The notes: generated from the sequence alone by a model not told the origin. Positions 40,346 through 50,043 are shown, counted from the stretch's first letter. The stretch: 64,000 bases of DNA from Gemmatimonas sp. (GCA_965279375.1 OZ257156.1:1344001-1408000); one strand, 5' to 3'. Translations and numbers: made by a program.

Positions 40346-40771
40346 ATGCGCTTCCCGCCGTTGACGCTCGTCGCCGCAGTCACCGCCGTCGCGCTGTCGC
40401 CGTCGGTGTCCCGCCTCGCGCAAGCGCCGCGACCCCACGTGGTCAGCGTCGATTTCGTGAAGGCGCGGCCCGGTGAGCGGAGCCGCCTCATCCGGTACTA
40501 CCAGTTGAACTGGACGCGGGCGCGAGTCACGGTGCTCGCCCGCGGCGAGATCGTGGACTTTCGCATGTTGGTAAGGGCCGATACGGGTACGAGATGGGAC
40601 GTCGCACTCGAGACCACCTACGCGGACTCCAGCGCGTATGCGCGCGCGGAAGCGATCTTTCAACCCGTGCTCGCGGCGCAGGGCGTCACGCTCGTGGACG
40701 GCAAGCGTCGGGCGGACATCGCGGATATCGTGGAGTCCCGGATCGTGACGGTGGCCCCGCGCGCGCCGTAG
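40346..40771 (+). CDS. Secreted hypothetical protein (dimeric alpha+beta barrel-like)
   Basis: Signal peptide; 'FVKARPGE...NW...WDV..ETTYADS'. Confidence 0.65.
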   Translation: MRFPPLTLVAAVTAVALSPSVSRLAQAPRPHVVSVDFVKARPGERSRLIRYYQLNWTRARVTVLARGEIVDFRMLVRADTGTRWDVALETTYADSSAYARAEAIFQPVLAAQGVTLVDGKRRADIADIVESRIVTVAPRAP

Positions 40772-40844
40772 GGCGTCCGATGGCACGTCGTCGCGCGGAT
40801 GCACGAGGTAGAGCCGGGACGGGCCCGCTGCCCGCAGGGCGATC

Positions 40845-40955
40845 GCCTAACCTCGCGTTGCTGCTGACGGCGGCATCACGGACTGCCGCCCTGGCTCCCT
40901 CCGGTCGCAGCCTGCCACCTATTCAGGGCCCTGCGAGCGAACGCCACCGTTAGAC
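40845..40955 (+). repeat. attC site
   Basis: GCCTAAC...GTTAGAC. Confidence 0.82.
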
Positions 40956-41153
40956 GGCACAGGACGCCGCTGCGCAGGCTCGAGCGAGTTCATCGAAGCG
41001 GCGGTCCCGAACAAGCGAACAGAAGCTGACGCGCTGCGGACGCAGAGGGCACCTCGTGTCGCGAGGTACTCGACGCGAACCGTCGTCCACCGCTTTCGCC
41101 GCACACACCACGCGTGTTCGTGGCGCCCTGATAGTGGCCGACGGCGCCGAGAT

Positions 41154-41756
41154 CTATCGCGTCACCAGAACGCTGCGCTCGATCGCGCGACACGCACTCG
41201 AGAAGTCAGTGTCCGGGAGGTGCAAGAGCGCGCTCATGCCCCACAGACTGGCCACGATGGCGAGGCTGAGGGCACGAGGCTCTACATCGCTTCGGAAGAC
41301 GCCAGCGTCTATGCCCGCACTCAGCACGCGTTCAACGGAACCTGTCCAGTGCTGGTGCAGCGGAGCGATGAGTCGGGCGACTTCTTCGTCCCGTTGCGCG
41401 CGCAGCGTGAGTTCGAGCGTAGCGCTCAAGATATCGGGGAACTCCGCGCGATAAAACGCCGCATCCGCGAACTCCTGCCGCAACAGGCGGAGCGAATCCG
41501 GTACGTCCGGTTCGCGAGGCAGCGTCGGGGCTCGGTGCGCGCCGTAAAAGCGAGCGAGGTGCGATGCAACGCCCTCGACGAGGTCTTGCTTGGAAGCGAA
41601 GTAGTGGTGAAGGGTCGCGCTGTTGATGCCGACTCGGGTTGCGACGTCCCGAATTCGCAGTCCTTCGAATCCCTTCTCCGCGAGCAACTGCAAGGCGCAG
41701 TCGAGTACCTGCTGTCGACGCTCATCTGCCGGTAGGCGCGTTGCACGGGTGGCCAC
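41154..41756 (-). CDS. TetR/AcrR family regulator
   Basis: 'RRQQVLDCAL.LL.EKGF....RDVA..VGI..ATLHHYFASK'. Confidence 0.93.
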   Translation of the reverse strand: MATRATRLPADERRQQVLDCALQLLAEKGFEGLRIRDVATRVGINSATLHHYFASKQDLVEGVASHLARFYGAHRAPTLPREPDVPDSLRLLRQEFADAAFYRAEFPDILSATLELTLRAQRDEEVARLIAPLHQHWTGSVERVLSAGIDAGVFRSDVEPRALSLAIVASLWGMSALLHLPDTDFSSACRAIERSVLVTR

Positions 41757-41765
41757 TAGGCCATC

Positions 41766-42125
41766 CTAGGATGTGGCGTACAGTCGTACGTCGTTTCCAT
41801 CAGGATCGGAGATGGTGCTGATACGCGGGCCACCGCCCAGCTCGATTGGACGGTGCAGCGGTCGAATGCCGCGTCCCTCAAGGTCCGCAAGAAATGCATC
41901 CAAGTCGTGAACCTGAAACGACGGAGTGATGCACTGCGCTCTGCCCGCGATGCCTTTGAGAATGGCGAAATGTATGCCCGCAACGTCGCACTCATAGTGT
42001 TGCGGTAACTCACCGTGCTGGCTGAGCACATACGGGATTCCAAGAACCTCTCGGTAGAACGCTGCCGCTCGATCTGGATCAGGAGACGTCATGATGATAC
42101 CGGTCAACTGGGCCGCTACGGTCAC
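41766..42125 (-). CDS. VOC/glyoxalase family protein
   Basis: 'DPDRAAAFYREVLG', 'FQVHDLD', 'DPDGN'. Confidence 0.9.
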   Translation of the reverse strand: MTVAAQLTGIIMTSPDPDRAAAFYREVLGIPYVLSQHGELPQHYECDVAGIHFAILKGIAGRAQCITPSFQVHDLDAFLADLEGRGIRPLHRPIELGGGPRISTISDPDGNDVRLYATS

Positions 42126-42160
42126 GGAAACCTCTTGTTCTGGGGGTTAGGGTGAGAATG

Positions 42161-42184
42161 TATCTATCAAGCAGATGATAGATA
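42161..42184. promoter_or_regulatory. Putative TetR operator
   Basis: Perfect inverted repeat TATCTATCA-N6-TGATAGATA just upstream of the VOC-tetR operon. Confidence 0.75.
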
Positions 42185-42371
42185 GAGTCCAAGCCGACCA
42201 CCGTCAAGCCATCGACGGAGAACACCAGTGCAGAAGCTTCGTCCCTTGGACGTCGACGCGGCATCGAAATACCGCGTCGAATTCAGTGCCTACGACTCAA
42301 GCCTCGCGACCGCGTACACGCTCGTCCGGAGGATCATTCGTCGCGCCGCTGGTCCTCTGCGCGTCGAACAC

Positions 42372-42794
42372 TCACGGCGCGTCCGCGGCCCACTGTGCAC
42401 GGACCTGGCGCAAGAACTTTGCGCGCTGGCCCCGCATGAACGCGATCGTGGCGGCCGGCGCCTCCGTCTGTTCGTGGTCCGCCGACCAGAGCACCAGTTC
42501 GGTCATCATCGGCGCCAAGGCGATGCCCTTAGCCGTCAGACGATAGACGAAGCGGCGGCCATCCGCGCGGTCGCGAGTCTTCGTGAGAAGACCTGCCAGC
42601 TCGAGACGTTCCAAGCGGTCGCTCAAGATGTTGCTGGCGATGCCCTCCCCCGCTTCGAGGAAGCCGCCGAAGGTCTTGATACCCTTGAACATCAGATCGC
42701 GGACGATCAGGAGCGACCACGGGTCGCCAAAGAGTTCGAGCGCGAGGCTGATCGGGCATCCGGAGCGCGGCTGCGACGACGATGTACGAGGCAT
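42372..42794 (-). CDS. HxlR family winged-helix regulator
   Basis: 'SGCPISLALELFGDPWSLLIVRDL...Y.LT.KG..L'. Confidence 0.92.
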   Translation of the reverse strand: MPRTSSSQPRSGCPISLALELFGDPWSLLIVRDLMFKGIKTFGGFLEAGEGIASNILSDRLERLELAGLLTKTRDRADGRRFVYRLTAKGIALAPMMTELVLWSADHEQTEAPAATIAFMRGQRAKFLRQVRAQWAADAP

Positions 42795-42813
42795 GAAAGA
42801 CTCCGGAAAAACA

Positions 42814-42832
42814 TACTTGCACGGTGCAAGTA
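42814..42832. promoter_or_regulatory. Putative HxlR-family operator
   Basis: Perfect inverted repeat TACTTGCAC-G-GTGCAAGTA between divergent genes. Confidence 0.75.
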
Positions 42833-42881
42833 ATATGGTAGCTTGGGCGACCATTGTCGGACCCTCACCCTGGAGTCGTCT

Positions 42882-43289
42882 ATGGGTCGCCCCTTCTGGC
42901 TGGCCGTTGCGGCGTATCTCGTGCCCACCTTCCCGCTTGGGTACTTCTGGCACCTCACCACCTTTCGGGCGCAATACGACCGGCTTGCAATGTATCGAGA
43001 GCCGGTCCTCATACCGCTCGGACTGAGTTCCATGTTGATCCAGGCGGTGCTGTTTGCGTGGCTCTATCCCCGCGTCTTCAGCACCAGCCGCGACCTCTGG
43101 CTCCAGAGCGCGGGCGGGTTCGCACTCGTGGTGGGCGTATTGGCGTGGTCCTTCACGACGCTCCCGGTTGCCGCCAAGTATCGCATGACGTCCGTGTCGC
43201 AGTTCCTCCTCCTGGAGTCGGCGTTCACGGTGGTCCAGTTTCTGGTGGTCGCCCCGCTCATCGCGCTGGCGTGGCGGGATCCGGCGTAG
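42882..43289 (+). CDS. 4-TM membrane protein divergent from the HxlR gene
   Basis: GGAG RBS; hydrophobic; ends before attC. Confidence 0.75.
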   Translation: MGRPFWLAVAAYLVPTFPLGYFWHLTTFRAQYDRLAMYREPVLIPLGLSSMLIQAVLFAWLYPRVFSTSRDLWLQSAGGFALVVGVLAWSFTTLPVAAKYRMTSVSQFLLLESAFTVVQFLVVAPLIALAWRDPA

Positions 43290-43308
43290 TTGCAGCGCCG
43301 ACTGGTCC

Positions 43309-43375
43309 GGCTAACCATGCGCTGCTGTTGGCAGGGCCTTCAATGATTGCCGCCTTGTTCGTTGCACCGCGCCGG
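43309..43375 (+). repeat. attC left-part remnant
   Basis: GGCTAACCATGCGCTGCTGTTGGCAGGGCCTTCAA...; right arm not recognisable. Confidence 0.7.
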
Positions 43376-43474
43376 CGCGGACTCCCTCCCGTGCTTGCGC
43401 GCGCTCCTTCGCGCCCACCTAATTGTGGAGGAACGCGGTGCAGGCACGCATGGACGACATCCTAGGACCTCTCT

Positions 43475-43747
43475 ATGGACTCTCGACTGACCCTTGGTTT
43501 CGTCGCGACGTGGTTTCTCTTCGGCATGGCGCGCATCGTGTTCTCGTCCGCGATGGTCCACCATCGCATTGACCATCCGGACCCCACCCAGGCGATCGCG
43601 TTCACCCGAGAGGCAGCGAAGGCACGGGTAAGCGCCGCGAACTACGATGCGCGGGGCCGGGGACTCCTCCCGTGGTATCGGGCGGTCACCACGACCTATT
43701 GGGTCATCGTGGCCTGCACAGTCGGGGTCGCCGTCTTGGTTGACTGA
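43475..43747 (+). CDS. Small 2-TM membrane protein
   Basis: AGGA RBS; two hydrophobic segments. Confidence 0.55.
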   Translation: MDSRLTLGFVATWFLFGMARIVFSSAMVHHRIDHPDPTQAIAFTREAAKARVSAANYDARGRGLLPWYRAVTTTYWVIVACTVGVAVLVD

Positions 43748-43789
43748 GGTCCTCTCGCGCCGCGCTCCGTTCCGGAGGGCACGCGCCGT

Positions 43790-44773
43790 GTGCTTAGCGA
43801 GCAGGTGCTCCGGTGCGCCGTCCATTTCGCGCGGTACAGCGCCGCCACGCCGCACCATTACGTGTTCTTCCGGCACGAGCACGAGCGCATCGCGGACACG
43901 AACTTTCTCCATCACCCCAGCATCGACGGCGCCCAACTCACGTTCACCTGGCGGGAGCTGGAGCCAACGCCCGATCACTACGCCTTCGGCGCGATTCGTG
44001 AGCGGCTGGCCTTCCTGACGGCGCGCGACAAGCGGCTCTTCCTGCAACTCCAAGACGTGTCGTTCAGTGAGACGGTGGTGACGCCGGACTATCTGCAGGC
44101 AGACACGGCGTATCACGGAGGGATCGCGCGGAAGTACGAAGTCAGCGCCGACGGCGTCGCGCACTTTGACGGGTGGGTGGCGCGTCGGTGGGACCCGGCG
44201 GTGCGCGCCCGCTTTGCGCGGTTGCTCGCTGCGCTCGGACGGGAGTGCGATGGGCAGATCGAGGGGATCGTGCTGGCCGAGACCGCGATCGGCTTCGACG
44301 ATCCGACGCGACGGCCATCGGGGCTTGCCGCCGACAGCTACGCCGGCATACGAGAGATCCTCACGGCAGCGCGCGGGGCGTTTCGGCAGTCGTGCGTCAT
44401 CCTCTACGCCAACTTCATGCCGGGCGAGTCGCTGCCCGGTAACGACCACGGGTACCTGCGGGGCGTGCATGCGCACGCGGCCGCGATCGGGGTGGGCGTG
44501 GGCGGGCCTGATGTCTTGCCGTATCGTCCCCTTCAGCGCAGCCACAGCCTCGCCCTGATCGAGCAACGGGCAGCGGGCGTGATTGCAGGCATGGCGGTCC
44601 AAGACGGCAATCTCGCCGACCGGAACCGCAGCACGGGGCAGCGGATTACAGTCGCCGATCTCTATGCGTTCGCTGCGACGCGGCTCCACCTCACCTATCT
44701 GTTCTGGGGCACGGAAGAGCCATACTTCACCACCGACGTGCTGCCGTTTCTTCGCGCCCTTCACCGTCGGTAA
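43790..44773 (+). CDS. Glycoside hydrolase-like TIM-barrel protein, 5' end possibly eroded
   Basis: 'WRELEP..D.YAF..I', 'RWDPAV..RF..LL.ALG...DG...ETA'; no clear start codon or signal peptide. Confidence 0.6.
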   Translation: MLSEQVLRCAVHFARYSAATPHHYVFFRHEHERIADTNFLHHPSIDGAQLTFTWRELEPTPDHYAFGAIRERLAFLTARDKRLFLQLQDVSFSETVVTPDYLQADTAYHGGIARKYEVSADGVAHFDGWVARRWDPAVRARFARLLAALGRECDGQIEGIVLAETAIGFDDPTRRPSGLAADSYAGIREILTAARGAFRQSCVILYANFMPGESLPGNDHGYLRGVHAHAAAIGVGVGGPDVLPYRPLQRSHSLALIEQRAAGVIAGMAVQDGNLADRNRSTGQRITVADLYAFAATRLHLTYLFWGTEEPYFTTDVLPFLRALHRR

Positions 44774-44793
44774 AGGCGCCTGGCGCCTGCTCT

Positions 44794-44903
44794 ACCTAAC
44801 CTTACGTTGCCATCAATGGCACCGCGAAGGATCGCGAACTCTTCGCTGGCGCTCGCTGGCCGCAACCGAGTGAAGGGCCCTGCGACAGCACGCGCTGTTG
44901 GAT
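44794..44903 (+). repeat. attC site (degenerate)
   Basis: ACCTAAC...GTTGGAT. Confidence 0.75.
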
Positions 44904-44940
44904 GGCACTCGCGCCTGCGCATGGGGTACGGCCCGATCGC

Positions 44941-45249
44941 ATGCTACCGAATCGCATCCTGGTCTCCACGTACGTGGGGCGTCACCTACGCCTGTGGGCA
45001 CTGCTCCGAGTCGGACTGAGTGGCGTGTTTCTGCTCGCCGGGACCAATCCGCTGCACATCACGCCTTGGACGGCGTGCGCCGTGGTGGTGCTCTGCGCCG
45101 CGGTCAGCGTAGTCGAAGTGCGCGTGCGCCACGAACGTGCACTCCTCGGCAACTTGGGCGTCGATGCGTTCGCCCTCAGTGTCCTGCTGATCGCACCGCC
45201 GCTCGCCGGGGAACTGGTGGTGCGTGGGCTTGGCGCACTCCGCGGATGA
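44941..45249 (+). CDS. Small membrane protein coupled to ABC ATPase
   Basis: Hydrophobic; ATGA overlap with the next gene. Confidence 0.7.
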   Translation: MLPNRILVSTYVGRHLRLWALLRVGLSGVFLLAGTNPLHITPWTACAVVVLCAAVSVVEVRVRHERALLGNLGVDAFALSVLLIAPPLAGELVVRGLGALRG

Positions 45250-45962
45250 CCGCCCTCCTTCGCGTCGAGAGCGTGGCCAAGTCCTATGAGGGGCGCCGCG
45301 TGTTGTCGTCGGCCTCGCTGCGCGCCGTGCCAGGCGAACTGCGCGTGCTCTTTGGTCGCAACGGCATCGGGAAGTCCACGCTGCTCAAGATCGCGGCCGG
45401 ATGCGTCGCGCCCGACGGCGGGACCGTGCACTTCGGGGCGCGCGCGTACTTGCACGCGCGTCTCCACACGTTGGCGTCGGCCGGCTTGTTCAATCTCCCG
45501 GACGCGGACCTCTTGTCGTCGGCGTTCACGGTGCGGCAGCAGCTCACGTTGTTTCAGTGCCAGTACGGCGGTGGCACGATCGACGAGGCAGCGGCGCGCG
45601 TCGGCATTGGCGCCCGCCTGGATCAGCGTCCCGACACGTTGTCGGGCGGGGAGAAGCGGCGCGCCGAGTTGGCCGCGGTGCTGGTGCGACACCCCACGTG
45701 TCTGTTGGCCGACGAGCCGTATCGCGGGCTCGCGCCGCACGACGCCGAGGTGCTTACCGGCGTCCTGCGAGGGCTCGCGGCCGAGGGCGTGGCGGTGCTC
45801 GTTAGCGGCCACGAGGTGCCGACGCTCCTCGACGCCGCGGATCACATCACATGGTGTACGAGCGGCACGACCTACGAACTCGGGCCGCCGGCGGTCGCTG
45901 TGCAACACGCGGCGTTTCGGAGCGAGTACTTGGGTCCGTGGCGCGTGCCGCCTACCGTCTAA
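45246..45962 (+). CDS. ABC transporter ATP-binding protein
   Basis: GRNGIGKST, LSGGE, LLADEP; TAA stop in R''. Confidence 0.92.
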   Translation: MTALLRVESVAKSYEGRRVLSSASLRAVPGELRVLFGRNGIGKSTLLKIAAGCVAPDGGTVHFGARAYLHARLHTLASAGLFNLPDADLLSSAFTVRQQLTLFQCQYGGGTIDEAAARVGIGARLDQRPDTLSGGEKRRAELAAVLVRHPTCLLADEPYRGLAPHDAEVLTGVLRGLAAEGVAVLVSGHEVPTLLDAADHITWCTSGTTYELGPPAVAVQHAAFRSEYLGPWRVPPTV

Positions 45963-46070
45963 CCTCCCGTTGGTGTAGATGGTCGCTCTGCGGCGCGGCG
46001 TGTAACTCGGCTGCTCGCGGTGACGCGCTCACGGCTTCCACGTTGGGCCGCCGAAGCGAAATGGTCAGGC
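45957..46070 (+). repeat. attC site (subtype B, degenerate)
   Basis: GTCTAAC...GTCAGGC. Confidence 0.75.
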
Positions 46071-46191
46071 ACCTTTGCCCAGTGTGTGGTGTAGGTCACC
46101 GCGGAGCCGCTCCCCTGCCTGCTGCTCACTCCGTTCGGGCCGCGAGGTGACCCGGCGCCGACCCCTTCCGACCGTTCCCCGGAGCCATGCC

Positions 46192-46785
46192 ATGCGTCTC
46201 ATCCGGCAGTCCACCGTGCGCGCTCTCGCCCTGCTCAGCAGCCTTGCCCTCCCTGCGATGGCGCAAGAGCGCGCGGCCCGCACCCATACGACCGGATTGT
46301 TGCTCGGGTATGGGACCGAAGCGAACGTGGTTACGAGCCAGCCGGGCGTCCCGAGTACCGCGAACGAGCACGTGGTCGGGCAGGGACTTACCCTCGGCTA
46401 TGGTTTCACTCGGCACTGGGCCGCCTACATCAACGCGGGCTGGGGCGGCTTCGAGACGACGCGGGCCAACCGGACGGGCGTCGGCTCGGTGGACCTTGGC
46501 GCGCGCTACCATGCGCCGACGGTCTTCCGCGTGATCACCCCGTTTCTGCAAGGCGGGCTCTCCAGCCGCACGCTCAGTCGGGATCGCGTCGAGGCCTCCA
46601 CGGGCCTCGTGCAGAACGGGATGGCGTGGCGCACGATGGCGGCGTTTGGCGGTGGCGCGAACGTCCATGTCACGCGGAGCCTCGCGGTCACCGGCATGTC
46701 GACCTGGGGCGCGACGTCCGGCGGGATTGCGAGCCCGCGTCTGCATGTGGGCGTGCTTCTCCTGCCGGGTGCCTGGCGCCGGTGA
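46192..46785 (+). CDS. Outer-membrane beta-barrel (porin-like) protein
   Basis: Signal peptide AMA-Q; 'LGYGF', 'DLGARY', 'PFLQGG', 'GGGAN' strands. Confidence 0.75.
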   Translation: MRLIRQSTVRALALLSSLALPAMAQERAARTHTTGLLLGYGTEANVVTSQPGVPSTANEHVVGQGLTLGYGFTRHWAAYINAGWGGFETTRANRTGVGSVDLGARYHAPTVFRVITPFLQGGLSSRTLSRDRVEASTGLVQNGMAWRTMAAFGGGANVHVTRSLAVTGMSTWGATSGGIASPRLHVGVLLLPGAWRR

Positions 46786-46819
46786 ACGCCAGCGGGTCCG
46801 CGATCGGGAGGGCAAAAGT

Positions 46820-46938
46820 GCCTAACAGTGCGTTGCTGTTGCCTACTGCTTGACGAATTGCGGACGGTTCGCCGCGCGCACTGCGCTCGCCGGCCGCAAC
46901 AGATTGAAGGCCGCTGCAGCGGAACGCAGTCGCCAGGC
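46820..46938 (+). repeat. attC site (degenerate R')
   Basis: GCCTAAC...GCCAGGC. Confidence 0.78.
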
Positions 46939-47084
46939 AGCCTCTGACGTGTGAGTGCAACAACCGAAATGACCCGGCGGTAGGCTCCATCGGCCTGCGA
47001 CGCGTCTGTCGGTGCATGGCGATGAAAGCGCGGCACCCGAACGGGACGCGCCATATGCGAAGCTCAATGCAGACGGAGCGACGG

Positions 47085-47663
47085 ATGCGGACCTCACGCG
47101 TGTGGGGCGGGCTCGGGTTGGTGGTGATGCTTACGCCGCCAGTGTCGGCGCAAGACACCAATGGCGAGGGCAAGGCGGTGACGGATGCGCGAGTCCGGTT
47201 CTCGCTCGCCGATATTCAGAGTCTCGAGGCGTGGACGACGCGGCACACGACCCTCACGGGGACCGTGCAGCCGTCCGAGCCGCCCACGACGCTGCGTGTC
47301 CGCGTCCGAACGACGCCCGATTCGGCCTATCGCACTATCGTGCGCGTGCTGACGGAGCGAGGGTACTCCGTGCGGGACGGACTCCCGCATGCGTTGTCCA
47401 CGAGCGATCACTACGTCGCCGGGGTGGGCATGGTGCGCGTCCATGTGCGCGTGCTTCCCGACAGCCTCGGATCCGTTGTACACGTCTCCGGCGAATGGCG
47501 CCGGTTGCGCCGGCTGTTGATCGTGTCCGCGATGTCAAAGGACTCCGTCGTCATTGCCGCCGGCGCAGGTGGCGCGCGTGGCGCGCAGGCGTGGCAGGAA
47601 CTGTCGGCGATCGGCGAGGAGCTTGGCGGGGTGGTGCTGGATGAGACGGACCTCCACCGTTGA
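47085..47663 (+). CDS. Secreted hypothetical protein
   Basis: GGAG RBS, signal peptide VSA-Q; stop before attC. Confidence 0.6.
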   Translation: MRTSRVWGGLGLVVMLTPPVSAQDTNGEGKAVTDARVRFSLADIQSLEAWTTRHTTLTGTVQPSEPPTTLRVRVRTTPDSAYRTIVRVLTERGYSVRDGLPHALSTSDHYVAGVGMVRVHVRVLPDSLGSVVHVSGEWRRLRRLLIVSAMSKDSVVIAAGAGGARGAQAWQELSAIGEELGGVVLDETDLHR

Positions 47664-47698
47664 TTCTGTCGGAGAGTCTGCGGTGTTGGTTGGTCGCG

Positions 47699-47810
47699 GC
47701 CTAACCTTGCGTTGTGGCGGTCAAGGCCTGTTCGGATGGAGGCCTATTGCTCGCTTCGCTCATTGCGGAATCCCACTGAAGGGCCCTGCAAGCGAACGAA
47801 TTCGTATCGT
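47699..47810 (+). repeat. attC site (degenerate R')
   Basis: GCCTAAC...GAAGGGCCCTGCAAGCGAACG...GTATCGT. Confidence 0.78.
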
Positions 47811-48052
47811 ACCCGCCTCCGCCCTGCTGCTGTTCACGCGTTGCACGCCGAACGGCAATGTGGCAGCCGAGACGTGTCGTTCGGCGAGCGGAGAATAGAC
47901 AGGTCCGGGCTTCGCGAGTATTCGTGCGGTGACGTATTCTGTAGCTTCGATGAATACGCGCACTCCATTCTCGGGGAACCATTCTTGTCACGCATGCTTC
48001 GCGAACGAAAGGACGACGGCAGGTGCGGTCCGAATTGCAGCCCCGCGCGCGC

Positions 48053-48775
48053 ATGAGTGAGCCGGTTCAATCGACACGGTATCGGCTGCTCGTCGACCAC
48101 CTCGGTACGGGGCTTACGCTGAGCTACCTCGTTCTGGTGGCGATCGGCATGTTCCACAGTGTCCTCGGATATCGCCACTTCGGGATAAACATTCTGGACT
48201 ATGCCGAGGCCAGCGACTTCCTGCTCGCGCCGTTTCGGGACCCCATGGTGATGGTCGTGACGGTTCTTCCCGCCGTCCTCGCGTGGGCGTATCTGCGATT
48301 CGTCGAACGGTACTCCACGCGCGTGCGGGAGCGGCGTCGCGCCGAAGGGAAAGCACTCGCCTGGTGGGAAAGCAGCGACGCCACGCTGGCGCGCACGAAG
48401 CCACTGGGGCCGTTCCTCGTAGTCGGGATGGCGATGTTCTGGGTGTTCACGAGCGCGAACGCCTACCAACGCATTCGCGCCGCACAGGTGATGCGGGGGG
48501 AGGGACACAACGTCATCATCGAACTGACGAACGGAACACTCGATGGCGGTACTCCCCGTCGTCCGTTGGTCATGGTCGGGGCGACGAGTCGCTACTTCAT
48601 TTTCTTCCGCACGGCGGACTGGCGGACGGAAGTGATGCCAACCGATAACGTGTTGCGGATCCTTCCCGACGGATCGCTACCCGAGTCCAGTGTGTCGCGC
48701 CGTGAGCGCAGTTGGCAGCGGCTCGATGCACGTCCACTCCCGCCAAGCGGCGCGGACTCGACGAAAGGGCGCTGA
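48053..48775 (+). CDS. Hypothetical membrane protein
   Basis: Three TM segments; 'FGINILDYAEASDFLLA'. Confidence 0.7.
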   Translation: MSEPVQSTRYRLLVDHLGTGLTLSYLVLVAIGMFHSVLGYRHFGINILDYAEASDFLLAPFRDPMVMVVTVLPAVLAWAYLRFVERYSTRVRERRRAEGKALAWWESSDATLARTKPLGPFLVVGMAMFWVFTSANAYQRIRAAQVMRGEGHNVIIELTNGTLDGGTPRRPLVMVGATSRYFIFFRTADWRTEVMPTDNVLRILPDGSLPESSVSRRERSWQRLDARPLPPSGADSTKGR

Positions 48776-48786
48776 GTAGGCCGGCT

Positions 48787-48827
48787 GCAACTTGTTGATT
48801 TGAAATGCAGTCGCGCGAACGTCAGGT
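48787..48827 (+). repeat. attC right-end remnant
   Basis: CGCGAAC-GTCAGGTCGC, nearly complementary to GCGACCTAAC at 49461-49470. Confidence 0.6.
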
Positions 48828-48853
48828 CGCATCACACACTCTTCTCACATGCA

Positions 48854-49408
48854 ATGAACGCTGGTTCTACGAGCGTCGCTGACGCACAACGCGACATGCG
48901 CGCGGGGTACTACGGTGGGGCGCCGGGAATGTTCGCGTCCGCGCTGGTCTGGCTGGTCGCGGGCGTCGTCGCGACCACGAGCGCGCCGCCGCGCGCGATC
49001 CTGGCGCTGTTCGTCGGAGGCATGGTCATTCACCCGCTCGGCGTGGCGCTCACAAAGGCGCTCGGCCGCTCGGGTGCGCACACGCGGGGCAATCCGCTCG
49101 GCGCGTTGGCACTCGAAAGCACCGTCATCCTGCTGCTCGGCTTCCCGCTCGCGTTCGTGGTGTCGCAGACCCACGTGACGTGGTTCTTTCCCGCCATGTT
49201 GCTGGTCATCGGCGGACGCTACCTCACGTTCTCGACGCTGTATGGGATGCGGGTGTACTGGGCCGGTGGCGCGATGCTCGCCGTCGCCGGGTTTCTGCTG
49301 GTGGCGATGGACGCGCCGTTCCATGTGGGGGCGTTTGTCGGCGCTGCGATCGAAGGCGCGTTTGCCCTGCTCATCTTCCGTCTGATCCGGGGAGCGGATA
49401 GCGTGTGA
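48854..49408 (+). CDS. Membrane protein (DUF7010-like)
   Basis: Six TM segments; 'NPLGALA', 'WFFPAMLLVIGGRYL.F..LYG'. Confidence 0.75.
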   Translation: MNAGSTSVADAQRDMRAGYYGGAPGMFASALVWLVAGVVATTSAPPRAILALFVGGMVIHPLGVALTKALGRSGAHTRGNPLGALALESTVILLLGFPLAFVVSQTHVTWFFPAMLLVIGGRYLTFSTLYGMRVYWAGGAMLAVAGFLLVAMDAPFHVGAFVGAAIEGAFALLIFRLIRGADSV

Positions 49409-49463
49409 TGTGCGGGCTCGTCGACAATCGGGAGGCATCCAATGGACCGGTGCAGACGACGCG

Positions 49464-49520
49464 ACCTAACCTTGCGTTGCGGCAGATGAGGCTTGCACGG
49501 ACTGACACGGTGCTCGCTAC
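49464..49520 (+). repeat. attC left-half remnant
   Basis: ACCTAACCTTGCGTTGCGGCAGA...TGCTCGCTAC; right arm lost. Confidence 0.72.
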
Positions 49521-49566
49521 CTGATCGACGAGTTCCAGCCAAACAATTCTTCTCGGTGGAGCGACG

Positions 49567-49995
49567 ATGCCCCTGCAGGTTGTGGAGACGATTGTCGTGG
49601 CGGTCACGCCAGAGCCCGTGTGGCGTGCGGTGACGGATCCGGCGGAGCTCATCCAGTGGTATGCGCCTGGCTGTCGCTGGGAGATCCCCGAGCTCGCGGT
49701 GGGCGCACCGGTGCGCTTCTTCAACAGCGAGACGGATGTGCAGCCCGCAGAGATCATCGCGCTCGTGCCTGCGCGTCGCTTGGCGCTCCGCTGGCGACCG
49801 GATCCCACGCTGCCGACCGCAACGCTGTGCACCACGTACGAACTGGTGCCGACCGGGACGGGGACGACAATCACGCTCCGGCACGACGAGTACGAGTCGG
49901 TGCCGGAGGCGCAGCGCGCGGATTGGCTGGCGGCGGATCAGGGCGCGGTGCCGGCGATTCTCGCGGCGCTCGCCCACCACGTCGCGCCCGTATGA
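49567..49995 (+). CDS. SRPBCC/AHSA1 domain protein
   Basis: 'PEPVWRAVTDPAELIQWY', 'GTGTTITLRH'. Confidence 0.88.
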   Translation: MPLQVVETIVVAVTPEPVWRAVTDPAELIQWYAPGCRWEIPELAVGAPVRFFNSETDVQPAEIIALVPARRLALRWRPDPTLPTATLCTTYELVPTGTGTTITLRHDEYESVPEAQRADWLAADQGAVPAILAALAHHVAPV

Positions 49996-50043
49996 GAGCG
50001 GCTGCTTCGTACGTGATACCCTGATGGCGACGGAGCGCAATCA

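Noticed and set aside
43340..44764. Long antisense or alternative-frame ORFs (e.g. 474 aa here, 23678-24826, 25387-26406)
   Set aside because: Arg/Ala/Pro-rich shadows of real genes, expected in high-GC DNA.
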